64,000 bases of DNA, taken from assembly GCF_009914755.1 (NCBI RefSeq), contig NC_060937.1. One strand, given 5' to 3'. Numbering within the stretch: position 1 is the first letter of the stretch; each line of letters starts with the position of its first letter. Below are positions 48,044 to 61,554 of the stretch, in pieces. The notes under the pieces are model-generated. The model saw nothing but the letters and a program-made list of their open reading frames with translations, ran no database searches and was not told the origin of the DNA. The translations under genes and the position numbers were made by a program. This stretch comes from the human T2T-CHM13v2.0 reference genome, Homo sapiens.

Positions 48044-48840
48044 TTGTGTCTTAGGTTGGGTTTCCCAAGAAGTAGATTCTGAGACAGAGAGTTGTGTGCA
48101 GGCGTCTATTGAGAAAACACTTGTGAGGGCATGAGGAAGTAGGACAGCGGCAGAGTTTGGCCTGAGGTGACCTCTTGGGGAGGGGCGCTCAGGAGGTGGG
48201 ATGACTCATTCAGGTTGTCTGGAACTGAGTCAAGAGGACTGGATCTTTGCATCTCCCACCCCTGTTGTAGCCACCCCCTCACCCCTGTGGATAGGAGACC
48301 TTGGGAGAGGCCACTTCCTTCATTGAAGGCAAGTCTTTGGGAGGCCTCAGCTGTAACCTGTCAGCAGCCAACACTCCCTGCACCAGAGAGTATGAGGGTC
48401 TCCAGCCTGAAGGGGGTTCTGGGCTGGGTGCTATGCAATGGACCAAATATTTGTGTTCTTCCAAAACGTATATGTTGAAACCCTAATCCTCAATTGATGG
48501 TATTTGGAAATGAGGCTTTGAAAGGTAATTAGGTTTAAATGAAGTTATGAAGGTGAAGCCCCTGTGATGAGATTAATGCCCTTATAAAAGGAGGAGACAA
48601 AAGCACTCTCTCTCTCTTTCTCTCTCTCTGCACTCGTGCACCAAGGAAAGGCCTTGTGAGGACATAACCAGGAAGAGAGTCCTCACCAGAACCTGACCAT
48701 ACCTGCACCCTGATCTCAAGCTTCCAGCTTCCAGAACCATGAGAAATCAATGTTTGTTGTTTTAGCCACCCAGTCTACAGAAATTTGTTATAGCCACCCT
48801 AGCTGACTACCACATTGGACATCACAGCAAACACTACAAC
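48044..48840 (-). mobile_element. LTR33-like ERVL LTR interrupted by MLT1A
   Basis: TGTCTTAGGTTGGGTTTCCCAAGAAG.AGATTCTGAGACA terminus. Confidence 0.55.
48434..48813 (+). mobile_element. MLT1A-like MaLR LTR
   Basis: ATATGTTGAAACCCTAATCC..GGTAATTAGGTTTA..CTTCCAGCTTCCAGAACCATGAGAAAT. Confidence 0.8.
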
Positions 48841-49152
48841 CAGTAAGTCTCTGCTTGTATTAACTGGAACATTTCCAAAGCCTGTCCTACTCAGGATAAA
48901 TGCACAAAAGAAAAATTAGTAGTTGACGGCAGAATTCTTAAGAGAGCAGTTTTGCATTTTTTACCAAGTAATACTTATTTAACTTCTAGGGCAGTAAAGT
49001 AAGAGAAATTGTTACTCTCCACCTCCTGCCATCATGAATTTAGGAAATGTAGAAAGTTATTCTGTTAATAAAGATGTGAACTTGCTGTTGAAGAGAAAAT
49101 GTTTCTGTTATATCTGTTTCCCTGTGTTTTTGCCACTGCAAGATTCTATCCT

Positions 49153-49444
49153 GTAATTTATAAAGCACAGAAGTTTATTTTTCACAATTCCAGAGGCTGA
49201 GAAGTCCAAAATCAAGGCTCTGGTGGGTTTGGTGTCTGGTAATGCAGAAGTTGCTGCATCTTCTGAAGGGAAGGACAAGAGGGCCAAAGGCTAAGTGAAG
49301 CCTCTTTTATGAGTTCCTTAATTCCATTCTTGAGGGAGGAGACTATAGACTAATCATCTTTTAAAGGCACCAACTCTTAATGCCATCACGAGCCATTATG
49401 TTTCAACACCCAAATTTTGGAGGGGACACACTCAAACTATAGCA
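49153..49444 (-). mobile_element. MST-family LTR fragment
   Basis: TAATTTATAAAG.ACAGAA.TTTATTT..GAGGCTG.GAAGTCCAA..TTTTGGAGGGGACAC..TCAAAC.ATAGCA. Confidence 0.7.
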
Positions 49445-50898
49445 GTCCTTTTGCATTTTGTTCAGGATATCAAAAAGGCCACTTACATTTTATAGTAAAT
49501 AGTGAAAAAGCTTGCATTCAAGCTTTATCTTGAAAAATGCAATACAAACTGTGAAATCATATTTATTATACTTCATATGTAACAAAATGTAAGCTATAAT
49601 GACATCTACATACTTCCTGTTAGAACTAAGAATAAATGGATTGGAATTTGGGGATGTAATTTTTCCAATGAAATTTTAAAATAGCCCAAATGACATTCTC
49701 CACTTTATATTTTATTTGTACAGCATGATAGTGAAGATGGACATTTTGACAAAAACGTTCAAGGATTTTATGAACTTTTCCCAGGGCCTCTCAATCCTTT
49801 AATTTTGAACTCATTATTTTTGGAAACATCTCTGCTGTCATTATCCTCCTTGATGTTTCTCTAGTTGTAGATATGTTCACTTCGACACCTAACAGGCATG
49901 CCAGTATTAAAAATGTGTCCAAAACAGAACCCTCGATTCTGTTTTCCTTGCATTTTCTTCCCACCTTCACTCTATCTTCTCTTCTCCTCCAGTTGCTCAA
50001 GACAAATATCTAGGAATTATTCTTTATTTCTTTTTTTCTCTCATACACTATATCCACCAGCAAGTCCAGTTGGCTCCACAAGCTTGAGCTCACCATTTCT
50101 CACCAGCTCCACCGCTACCTCCAAGTAAGTGCCAACCACCTTCAGCCATTGCCTGAACTACTTTAGTGGCTTCCTAAATCGGCTCCAGCTTCTACTCTAT
50201 TTCCCTACAATCCACTCTCCATAGAGCTGCCAGAGTGATTTTTAAATGGATTTGTTTGTATTAAGTACTACATTGACAAGGTTCAAAATTTAACACACTA
50301 TAAAAAGAGATGTTCAGAGAAGTCTTGCGTTCACTCCTGCACTTCTCACCCCAACCCTCCGATGATATCCCTTCCACCCATATATTTTTAAAATCCTCCT
50401 AGGGTTTTTAAGGCAAATACAAGCATATTCAAATATATTTTCTCCCACCTTACTGCACAAAAGATAGCCTACCATATACACTGTTCTACATCTTGCTTTC
50501 TTTCCCTTGCCATATGTCCTAAAGCTCTTTCCATATGTATCACTACATAGAGAGCTTCCTTATTTGTTTTGACAGCTGCATGTCATACCATTGTTTATTT
50601 AACCAGGCCCCTTTTGTTGAATATGGGAGTCAGATCCATTTTTTGCTCTTACAAATAATACAACAATAAATAACCTGATACATGTGTTGTTTCTACAAGT
50701 GGATATGCCTCTATGACATAGAATCACAGAAATACGATTGCTAGATTATATATTTTAGTGTATTTGCCAATTTCAAAATGAAAATTTTAGAGGTGAATCT
50801 GATGACAGTTCTCCTGCTTAAAAGACAATCAGGATGAAAACCATTAATGAAACCCATAAGGCCCTCCCTAATTTGGCCCTTGTCTAACTCTTCAATAC

Positions 50899-51427
50899 TG
50901 AAACTATGCCCAAAAGAGTTAAAGAAACCAATGACTAACAAATTCTTGAGTTTGCAGAATGACAGATTAAAAAAAAAAAAACACCTACTGAAAGGCTGAA
51001 ATGCCCTCTGCTTATCAGATAAAAGAAATGGCTGAAATCCTTTGGAACCAATATGACCAACTGGAGTCGGTGCAGAAGGAGCTTGCTGACAACGCAGCCT
51101 GAATTTCCACCCTATGTTTCATACCAACTCCCCCTGAATTTGCACATGTGATACATGAGATAGCATGAAGAGATAACTGAGCATGCCCAAGGACTTTCCA
51201 GACTTCTGCTTTCCTTCCACCAATCACCTGCTAATCTCAGAATCCACCCCCTGAAACTTTTCTAATAAAAATACTGTTTTGAAGGCAGCACAGGGAGACA
51301 GATTTGAGCTTGACTTCTGTCTCCTTGGGATTGACTTTCAGTACAAAGCTTTTCTTTTCTCAAGAACATGGTGTCATAGTATGGGCTTCTAGTGCATTGG
51401 ACAGTGAGCCCCTTTTACTCGATAACA
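50899..51427 (+). mobile_element. ERV1-class solo LTR (LTR26-like)
   Basis: TG...CA termini (TGAAACT..GATAACA) and an imperfect 4-bp TSD ATAC/ATAT. It sits inside an L2 remnant. Family name is from memory. Confidence 0.75.
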
Positions 51428-51524
51428 ATATCAGCTATATTTTTCTCCCTCTTTCACTGTGGACTAAGCATTCAGCTTCCTCTTATTAATCCCATAAAAT
51501 CCTATACCATTTGCGAGATTTGCT

Positions 51525-51603
51525 TTATGCATATTAGCAATACAGTACAAATATAGTGTGTTTGATTTGCACTGTAGTTGTATTGTATTGCCACTCTGTA
51601 TAA
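51525..51603 (+). ncRNA. MIR4703: microRNA precursor hsa-mir-4703 (5p 51535-51557, 3p 51573-51594)
   Basis: 22-bp stem GCAATACAGTACAAATATAGTG / CACTGTAGTTGTATTGTATTGC with two G:U pairs and one mismatch. The arms match the remembered miR-4703-5p UAGCAAUACAGUACAAAUAUAGU and -3p UGUAGUUGUAUUGUAUUGCCAC. Confidence 0.88.
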
Positions 51604-52613
51604 AAATCCAATCATCAGCTAGATACCTACCTAACAAAAAAGTTGCTCCTAGAAGGAAGGAAGCAAAGCTAATGTTTAGTGGATATGACTGAGTGGCTTT
51701 TATAAGCAGTCATTTGATAAATAAACGTTTCTAGGTTATGATGACTTTTAGTCTCCTATACTGCTTCAGACTTCAGGGACTCAGATAATGAATGCTGAGA
51801 TAATGTGGATGTTTTATCATTCTGTAGCATGGTGATCAGGGATTCCAGAAACATAAAGGTAAAGTTCTAACCTTATAAAGAAACGACATGGTCAGTGAAA
51901 GAGCACTGGGCTGGAAATTACAAGTCCCAGGTCCCAATGCAGAATCTGCCACTAAGTAAGCTGTGAGGGCTTAGGCAAGCCATTTCACTTTTCTCTGGCT
52001 CATTTTATTTGTATGAAAAGAAAGAAAAAGGAATTCATTGTGATTCTGAACCTTTTCACTCCCCAAGGATCCCCTTTATTCCTCCCCCCATTTTCATATG
52101 TTGAGAAATTGTGTCTACTAAAATATATTCATTAGTAGTTTGTTCATGTTCTCATGTTCATTGTTTATTATTAATATAGTCATGTTCATTGTTAATTTAT
52201 CAAAAATATATATATATAATTTCCAATTCAGCTTAGCATTACAAAATTGATTGACATTGATTGAGTTGATGTAATACCCTCCAAAGCAAAGAAACCAGAT
52301 TAATTTGTCTGGGTGGTTAATCTTAATTCCTAAGAGTTAAGAGGCTGCAGGTTGGGACTGTCTGCATCCAGTTGACTATAAGTTTTTTGTTTTGTTTTGT
52401 TTTTACAAGTCTGAGAGTCAATGCTATTTATATTTGTATTTCTATTCAGTCCAGTGCTTGGACAAATGGTACCTCAGAGGGTCCTGTGGGTTCAGCAAAG
52501 CAGCTCAGGAGCAGAAATGGGGGTGGGAAAAGAGGAGTCTTAGGGCCCCAAAACCTATTTCATCTACAGCAGCCTCACTTTTTTCTGCTTTAAATGCTAG
52601 ATTCTGCTTAAGA

Positions 52614-52922
52614 TTTTCTTTTTCTTTTCCTTTTTTTTTGAGACAGAGTCTTGCTCAATTGCCTAGGCTGGAGTGCAGTGATGCTATCTTGGCTCACTAC
52701 AACTTCCCCTTCTTGGGTTCAAGTGATTCTCCTGCCTCAGTCTCCCGATTAGCTGGGATTACAGATGTGTGCCACCACCCCCAGCTGATTTTTGTATTTT
52801 TAATAGAGACAGGTTTTCACAATGTTAGCCAGGCTGATCTCGAACTCCTGGCCTCAAGTGATGTGCCTGCCTCAGCCTCCCAGAGTGCTGGGATTACAGG
52901 CGTGAGCCACCACACCTGGCCT
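52614..52922 (-). mobile_element. Alu (AluS/J)
   Basis: Reverse dimer. TSD CTTAAGATTT. Confidence 0.93.
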
Positions 52923-54347
52923 TAAGATTTGCTTTGAAGAAAGCGTTTAAACCATAAAAATAATTTGAAAAATATGACTTAATCAAACTCAATTATATAG
53001 ATGAGAATAATGAGGCATAGAAAAATTAAATGAAACTGGCCCAAGGTTATAGAGCTAATTAATGGCAAAATACTCATTCAGTCAATCAACAAATATTTAT
53101 TGAACACTGTAGAAATAAAAATTGTAAAGCTAAAGCTTTGATTTGTTCTTAGTTTAAAAACAATCTGTGAGTCACTGTATTGGATTAGAAGCATTAGGAT
53201 GAAAGAATCTTGTTTTCATAAATTGGTGGAGAACTGACATTATCGTGTATGTTACTATTGTTCAATAAGACAAGGAAGAGAGGGCAGGGGCATATTAGCA
53301 TTCAGGTGACCACAGGAGGTTGGGGACAGGTCAGGTTTGGTAAAGGGCTTGTTTCAATTTAAATCTATGGTGGCTCAGGCTCTGATTGTCATACTAGTGC
53401 TCTCATTAATGTGCACAGGGAAGGAGCCAAGAACCCCACTTGACCCAAGATTAACATTAAGGTTTTGTTTCATTTCCCAGATTAAATATGTGATTAGCAC
53501 CAAACCTGGAAAAACCCGTGGCTATAGGATATGTGTAATTTAATCTATAAAATGTATTTGTAAAAGCCAATTCATTGTACATGTTCAACTTAATAAGTTC
53601 ACTGGCATTATGATAACTTATCCATGACTGGGTATTGCATATGCTCTCCAGTTAGTCCAAAAGTTATAGCCCTTCTGATTCTAACTTTCTCTTTACAAAC
53701 TATTTGCAATAAAGCTCATCTTTAGCAGATTCAAATCCAAATATAACACAAAGCTTTGTTCTTGGCCAGCACCAGTCAAGAGCCAGCCCTTCTAGGCATG
53801 GAGGATACAGCAATGAACATGTTGGGAGAGTTTGCTGTTTCTATGAACTAGCCTTGGGTCTCTTGCTTTCTGGTCCAATTCTGTTTCCAACACAGCATGC
53901 AAGGTTGAAGACGCATTCTACTCTTCTGCAAATACTTGTCGTTACAGCTTATGCTTATATCTTCACATTATTTATTCATTTATTCAACAAATATTTGTTG
54001 AATAGCTTCTATTACCAGACTATACTAAGTGCTGGGCATCTTGATATGAATTAGCTCTCAAGGTGCTCACAGACTTATGAGAATATAGACTCGTACACAA
54101 ATTTTAAACCAGCATAGTGAGTACAACAGTGGGAGGAGAACAAGGTTCAGTCATAATACACAGCAGCAACTGATTAACTCCCTCTGGCATGATATCCACA
54201 CTTGAATTTGAAGGATTACTAGAGGTTTCCTGGGCAAACCAATGATAGTGGGAGTGGGAATGGCATATGGAAAGCTACACAGGCAAGAGAGAACATGGCT
54301 CATTCTGAGAACCACACCCTGGTTTGAAGGAATATACAGTACAAGGT

Positions 54348-54381
54348 GGCAGGCAATTGATGGGAGGCAGGCAATTGATGG
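54348..54381. repeat. Tandem duplication, 18-bp period
   Basis: GGCAGGCAATTGATGG at 54348-54363 and 54366-54381. Confidence 0.9.
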
Positions 54382-54489
54382 AATTTCAATCTAATGGCCT
54401 CTGTTTTCTCTGTGAGATGAGAGTGACAGGATGTTTTGAAATGTAGGCAAAAGCTGGGTAGGAAACTTGGAGGGAGGTTTAAAAGGACT

Positions 54490-54900
54490 GCTGAATTGTT
54501 TGTAAAACAGAAAGGATTGGGAAAAACCTAAAGGCCTATCAAAAGGGAACTGGCTTAACAGATTACAGTCCACCCATGCAATGGAATACCACACAGCCAG
54601 GAAAAAAGATATGTATTGATATATATTGATATGGGAAGATCTGTAAGACATAAATTTTTTAGTGAAAAAAGAAAGTGCAGAACTATGTGTTCCTTTATGT
54701 TTTATGTAAAAGAAAAAAAATTTCCTAATATGCATAAAATGTCTCTGGAAGAATGCAGCAGTAAGTCACAGTGTTGTTGCCCATGGGTAGAGAATCTGGA
54801 TGGCCAGGAGAGAATGGTTGAGAGAGTTGACGTTGTACACTTCTGAATTTTTTAATCATAGGACTGTATTATTTATTCAAAATGAATGAAAAAAATATCT
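54490..54900 (+). mobile_element. Old L1M 3' fragment
   Basis: AAAGGATTGGGAAAAACCTAAA..CCTATCAA..CATGCAATGGAATAC. Confidence 0.6.
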
Positions 54901-56292
54901 AAAATCCATTTGGTAAAATAAAAAAGAATAATTTCTGAGGTCAATGGAAAATAAAATTACTAAATTTTGTCCTAATGGCTATGTTCCTCTAGAACCTTGT
55001 GCTTAAGGCTAACTTGGGAAAATATGAAGGAAATATTTCTTTTCATTAGGAGTTTCTGTTTGGGAAAGGTGACTTGGTTGAGTCATGGGGATGAGAGCTG
55101 GAGAGAGATTTACAGAGAAACCTAACCAAGGTTGCTGACTTGGCCCCTCATAGCAGCCTCCCCAGCCAGGGTCTCTTCAGCATCCTAGCAAAGCTGCTTT
55201 GGTTACATCAAAGCGGCACCTTAAAAAGGATTTAAAATACTTTACTGCACCTATTGGTGCAAAATCCTGTTGGTACTGAGTTAAAACCAAACTCTGCCCT
55301 TTAGGAGCTGGGTAGTGGAATGGACACTAATTATTGCTTGACACATTAACAAATAAAAACCAAGACTGACTTTTGTGTGTGAATTGTTGAATCAGATTCA
55401 TTATCTTATAGTCATACCCTTTTATCTCTAACTAAATACAGAAATAAATATTCTGGGTGTTTGACAAGGAGCCTGTGAAGTATTGTCTCTGTGCCAGGTG
55501 ATGTTAGGCATTGGCAACACAAGGACGACTAAACCATTGTCCTTAGTGTCTGGGACCGTATAAAGAAAGATACAAAGAGAAAATTAGAATAAAATGTGAC
55601 CTCTCAGAGAGGCGTGAAGAGAATTCTGTGGGAACCCCGAAGAGGGAGGGAGTAGCTCTACTTGGAAGGAGTGAGGAAGGGCTTCATTGAGGAGAAAATA
55701 TGTAAACCGAGTCTTAAATGGGGAGTCGAAGTTGAGGGAGGATGATTGGGACATTCCAAGCAAAGAGAATCCAGTGTGCTAAAACAACACAGCTCAAAAT
55801 AACACAGTGTGTTCACGGGACACCGTGCAGCTGGCTCTGACTCCAGCATCAGGTGCCTTTCAGGGAGTGGTAAGAACTGAGGCTGGACAGGCAGGTTGGG
55901 ACAGGGTTATGAAGTACCTCAAGGGCCTGGCTAACAAGTTTAGGCTTTGTCATGTCGGCAAATCACTATGTTCTCAATCAATGCGCTGAGAGATGGATTC
56001 CTTTGCCATTGCTCTCTAGCCTCTTTTCAAGCAGGCGTCCTTCTGTCAGCTTCCATATTCTTGTTAAAGGCAGAACCATAATACGGAAGGCAGGTTTGCG
56101 GACTTGGTGTTACCTTTTCCATTCTTCTTTTGTATTCTTCTTTCACATCTAATTAGTTCTCAGAGTCTGTGACTCTTCTGTCACAAGCTCTTTCTTTTTT
56201 CTTAGCTCCACCATTTAGTAACCATGGCAGGTACAGGGCTAAGCGCTTTATATGAGCCATCTTATTCAATCCCCAAAGCAACACAGTGAGGT

Positions 56293-56730
56293 TGTATTCC
56301 AGTCAAGGTTCTTGGTGGCAAGCAGCAGGTAACTCAAGCAGAAAAGGAACTTACTGGAAGTATATCAGGCAACCCACAGCATACATAGGAAGGTGAAGCA
56401 CTGGGAGCCAAGGGAAGAAGTGGAGCACAGAGTTAAGGTTCTACCTCTGCAACAATTTCCCAGGACATGTTCTGCCATGCGTCTGAACTCTCATGCCAAC
56501 CACAGCAGCCTTGAAAATCTCAAACTGACCACAGTGCCTTTGCATCACTACCCCTAAGTACAGAGAGATGTGTGTGCACTAACTGGCCCTGCTCAGAGCA
56601 TGTGTCTATGCCCTAGCTGCCAGAGGGAGGCAGAGAAAGTTTCCCCTTTGTGGCTTCCCACTTACATTGAAATTCACTCAAGTCAGGAAGAATTTTCAGA
56701 TACCGGACAGCAAAAATGACAAACTTCTAC
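56293..56730. mobile_element. Old MLT1 LTR inserted into a MIR (56215-56875)
   Basis: AGTCAAGGTTCTTGGTGGCAAGCA.CAG..AAGCAGAAAAGGAA, with MIR halves on either side. Confidence 0.55.
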
Positions 56731-58402
56731 TATCGTACTATTATTTCCTGCATTTTGTGGATGATGGGATAGACTTAGAGCAGGTAGGTTGGTTACCCAA
56801 TTACCCAAGTAACACAGTTAGTCAGTAGTCGAGCCAGGATTGAAGCCCAAGTCAGTTTATCTGAAAAGCCCACACTGTTATGCAATCAGCTGCATTGCCT
56901 GCTCTAAACCATTCCAGCTTTATTTCACAGCCCACACACGAGTCCAGGCTCCCCGCACCTCGTTTGCATTACTGCCTCCTCCCTGGTCTTCCTGCTTTGT
57001 GTTCCCTCATCTCAGTTCGTCCTCTACTCAATTGCTAAGATAATATTTTTCGAGTACTAACTACATTGTGTCAGCCTCTTGTTCAAAAAACTTGTGACTC
57101 ACCCCTTCAAGAGCCTGCCCTGACTAATATCATTCCACACTGATCACTCCCTCCGTAATCAGTCAAATAATGCTGCTGTGCCATCACAAATGTATAATTC
57201 ATACTATACTATCTTGTACTTATTAATAGTCTCTAGTCATTACATTTATATGTGACTTCGCTGAGGGCATGGAACCTGTCTTCTGCTGCCTTTGTGACTT
57301 TAACGACAGATACTAGCATCTAACACAGTGTGTGTCTTCTCATCTTGTAATCCCAGGACCTTCCAGAATATGTGCATTATGCTCATCAGTGTTATTCTTT
57401 GCTGAGCACTTCTCATTTGCTAATTCATTATTAGCTTCCCTGAAGTTGCCCAATTGCTTTCTATGTTTCTTTGCCACATGTACTGTGCCCTACCAAGAAT
57501 AAGCATATTTAAAAATTATTGCTAATGATGATAGTTTTATTTCGTCTTTTGTAAATGTTTAACTGTATGATAGTGTAAGTTGAGGAACGGTTAAAGTGGT
57601 ATGTTTTTCTCAGAACTGTGAGGGGAAAGGAAATAGTATTTGGGCATCCTTGCTCCCTTCCTTCTGATTAGGAATGATAAAGGGATCCTAAGCATGGAGC
57701 GTAACATGCAATTAGGTCATCTGGCTGGCCGGGTTACCAGCTTGAGGTTCCTATTGAGAAGCTTCTTGCCTGGTTCCTACCTTCAAAGGGCAGAGGTCAT
57801 CTTTAGCAACTAGTAATGCCCTGCACCCTCAAAGACTTTTAGATTCCTCCAAATCCAGACCAAGAGAGCCAAGACCAGAGACAGAGACACAAGCCACTTC
57901 ACCTTCCATCTGCCTGTGCCCCTGTCTCCAGATACTTCTTCTGAGGACCTGTCTCTTTTTCGGGTTTATGATGTCAGATAAGGTCACACCTACACACAAA
58001 GCACACAACTTGGTGATCAATATTTAAATTATGAGTCAGAATTCAGAAAACCCGAATTTATCCAAAGGATATTCACATGTGCTCTGGGCATTTCATAGGT
58101 GCCAAAAGTAAAGAGAAATAAGAGTTTCTGCCCTCAAGGAGTTAAGCTTCTATCTGGGAAGACAAATCCATTAAACAAATAATTGATGAACAATGGGAAA
58201 AAACAACAAATTAATTCTGTACTGGGTATAAGAATGGCACATGGAAGGGTGTGATCTATTGTATTTGGATGAGATCCCAAAACGCTTTACAGAGGATGAG
58301 ATGCTTGAGCTGGGGTTGAGGGAAGAATAAGAGTTATCTAGACAGTGGGGAAGAGCATTCCAGGAAGAGGGCAGGGACATGTACTGCAGAATAAAATAAT
58401 TA

Positions 58403-58720
58403 GGCTGGGCGCAGTGGCTCACGCCTGTAATCCCAGCACTTTGGGAGGCAGAGGCGGGTGGATCATGAGGTCAGGAGATCAAGACCATTCTGGCCAACAT
58501 GGTGAAACCCCGTCTCTACTAAGAATACAGAAATTAGCTGGGCATGGTGGCGCACACCTGTAGTCCCAGCTACTCGGGAGGCTGAGGCAGGGAATTGCTT
58601 GAACCCAGGAGGCAGAGGTTGCACAAAGCCAAGATCGTGCCACCGTCCTCCAGCCTGGCAACAGACTCTGTCTCAAAATAAATAAATAAATAAATACATA
58701 AAATAAAAATAAAAATAAAA
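58403..58720 (+). mobile_element. AluSc-like element
   Basis: GAGATCAAGACCATTCTGGCCAACATGG, (AAAT)n tail, TSD AAAATAATT. Confidence 0.93.
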
Positions 58721-61554
58721 ATAATTGTAAGTAGTTTGGATTCTGAAGATGTTTATCCAGCATCCATTCTTTCCTTCCCTCAAAATTTCCCAGCCATGGA
58801 ATTGAGGCTGCAATTATATAATTGATCTCATGCCCAGCTCCAGGGATGGGCCTTGATTGTCCTTAGCCAGTCCACATAATCCACTTCCTTGCCACAGTTG
58901 GTTCTCAGACAGACATGTCCTCCAGGCCTAAGCAAATTCACCCTGGTATTGCTCAGGCATATTAGTGTAGGGCTGGATATGTGTAACCAGAAAGAAGCCC
59001 AGAACTTTGGTTTGATAGTTGGGGGAAGAGATGCACTCACAGTTATTGGACATAGAAGAGGAAGAGGAAGCACATAAACGTGAGCTGTGAGCTGTGGGTT
59101 TCTATTTTCTTACCCTATGAGAAGCCAACCAGAAGACAAGGGAATTGCAGAGAAATGGAGCCAATGACCTAATCAAACTCTGATTAAGTGGTTGCTGGTC
59201 TCCCCTTCATTGTTTAAAAGATCAGATGAATGACTTGCAACTAAAATCACTGAATTTAGGGCTTGGTGGAGTAGAAGGTAGGAAATGAGATTGTAGAAGG
59301 AGGCATGCTTGGGCCAGATGATAACTGTAGGCTCCATTCTAGAGACATGGTAAGCTCTCAAAGCTTTTAGGCCATGGTAGGGAGTAACATGATTTGATGT
59401 CAGTTTTAGGAAGATTATTCCAGCAGCAATAAGAAGGGTGACTTGGAGGGAGCAAGTCTGGGGACAGCAAGACTACTGTGAAAACAAAGCCACATTTCCA
59501 CTTCCTTCATCATGTCACTCAAGGTGCTAGTTATAGTTCCTTTTTACCAACCTCAAAAGGGAACCATCTTTTAAAAACTACTTAATTCATGGACAAATGT
59601 TATAGGATATAAGTTCTTTAGAATCTTATGCCCTGGAAGGAAAGATGCATGTTTTAGAAGCCCATGGAATTTTTCCAGAATTTAATGTAGGAGATCAAAG
59701 TTTGGGTTATACTAATTGGGCTATCAATTATATCTTGGTCTCTTTCTGTTTCTGCTTAGGACTTCCAGTTTATTCTATACTGCATCCGAGCTCTTTTTAT
59801 TTATTTGTGGATGCCGTCTTTTTTTCTCATTGTTTTAGAGTTTTTTGTTTGTTGGTTTTAGCCCTTTTTCCCTAGAGACAGAATGGCAGTTGGAGGGAAA
59901 GAATAACATTAGGTCCTTTGGCACAAAAGCCCTTTTCCCTAGGTGTGTGCTGCTCTTGAGGGAAATTAATCTGATCCCAACCAATTTAACTCAAGGGAAG
60001 GCATCTTTGATAACAAACATTTGCCCTGATCTCTTTGGCTTCCAGTATTAACTGCCGAGTAAATTCTATTGGATAGGAGAAATATGGGTATGTGACTCTT
60101 CTCTGCTCCATTTCACTGGAAACTGCTGTGCAAAGCTAGTAAGAGTCAATCAGTCTTTCTACTGACTTGTCATTACTGAGCTCCCTTTTCGTGCCTTGCA
60201 CAGTGCTTGATTCTTGGGGCAGTACAACAGGAGAGGAAAGGTGAGTCTTTTCTTAGAAAGGGCTTACAAGATGGAGTGTGAGTTTGGGAAATGCTTTTCC
60301 TAAAACCATGTCTGTGAGACCTAAGCATACACAACAACAGCTGGTTCATCTATAGAATGGTTATACTGTGTTAACCCTTGATGCTTATAAAAAGTTTTTT
60401 AACGTGTCATCAGATATATCCAAGGAATTTCAGATGTCATTCTGCCAGGACTCCTCCAGTGACCACATTAGAATTTTGGTCATTAACCATTGACCTTTAA
60501 TCACAGTCCTTGAGGATAAAGATGATCTCATTCTTTGTTAACAGAATCATTTATCTTCCTCATGTGTATAATTTTAGGGGTATATTAAACCAAAAGCAGG
60601 CACTAGATGGAAACTATGTTATCCCCAAAAGTTCTAGAAAGATACAAATTGTCCATTCCTTTGTAAAGCAACTTTAGTTATACATGAGAGTTTGGGACAG
60701 ACTCTTCCAAATGAGTAAATCATTTTGCCTAAATGGCAATATATCTCATATCTCATTGTGCCCCCCATTTTGCTATTTCATATGGCAATCTTCATTCTCC
60801 ATAGATCTCATTTAATTCCTTTACACATTCTGTTAAACATTATTTGATGCAGAAGACTCATAGCAGATCTGACCACACAGTTATGCTCTAGAACTTTGAC
60901 ACAAACATGGCCTTTAATTTTAAAGCAAATGCTTGTCATGCTAACTCCTCTTTTCTACTTGCTCATTGTGCCCTAGAGCCAGTGGCCCTCTAATGATAAA
61001 CTCAGCATGTGAGCCACGTTGAGCTCTGCCCTTGACTGTACAAGAGAGTTAATTATATCGAGCACCCAGCTCACTCCCTGGCACGAGGCAGGCTCTGAAC
61101 AAATATTTTCTGGAAGAATGAATGATTTCAGACCCTCGAATGACAAACTGAGGAAGAGCTGAGGTTTTCATTCGTGGTTTCAGTTAATATTTTTTGAGAG
61201 AAACCTTGTTCTAAGAATAGCAGACCCAATTCCTCTTAACCAGATGCACTTGGGATTCCCCTGCTCTCGGTCTCCTAAGGAACAGACCTCACCAGCCACA
61301 GTCCTTGTCTCTGACTTTAGCCCAGTTCAGGACTAGTGTATGGGTGGGTCTGTGGTGGCATGGAAGTTATTAGTAAAGAGAAAGCAAAGAAGGAACAGAA
61401 ACATAAGCTCCCTTCCTTCCGTCTTTTTGTCACTATTTTACTCTATCACCACTTCCCTAGATTGGTTCCCACTCCCACTTCATCCTACCTTACTCTCCTC
61501 GTTCCTCTGCAGAAAATTCCAGGAGAGCAGGTTTTCCTCTGAAATTTAGATAAA

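Noticed and set aside
52140-52195. TCATGTTCATTGTT repeated twice
   Set aside because: Short low-complexity repeat in AT-rich DNA with no further structure.
52392-52925. 177-aa ORF
   Set aside because: Non-ATG start, and more than half is antisense Alu translation.
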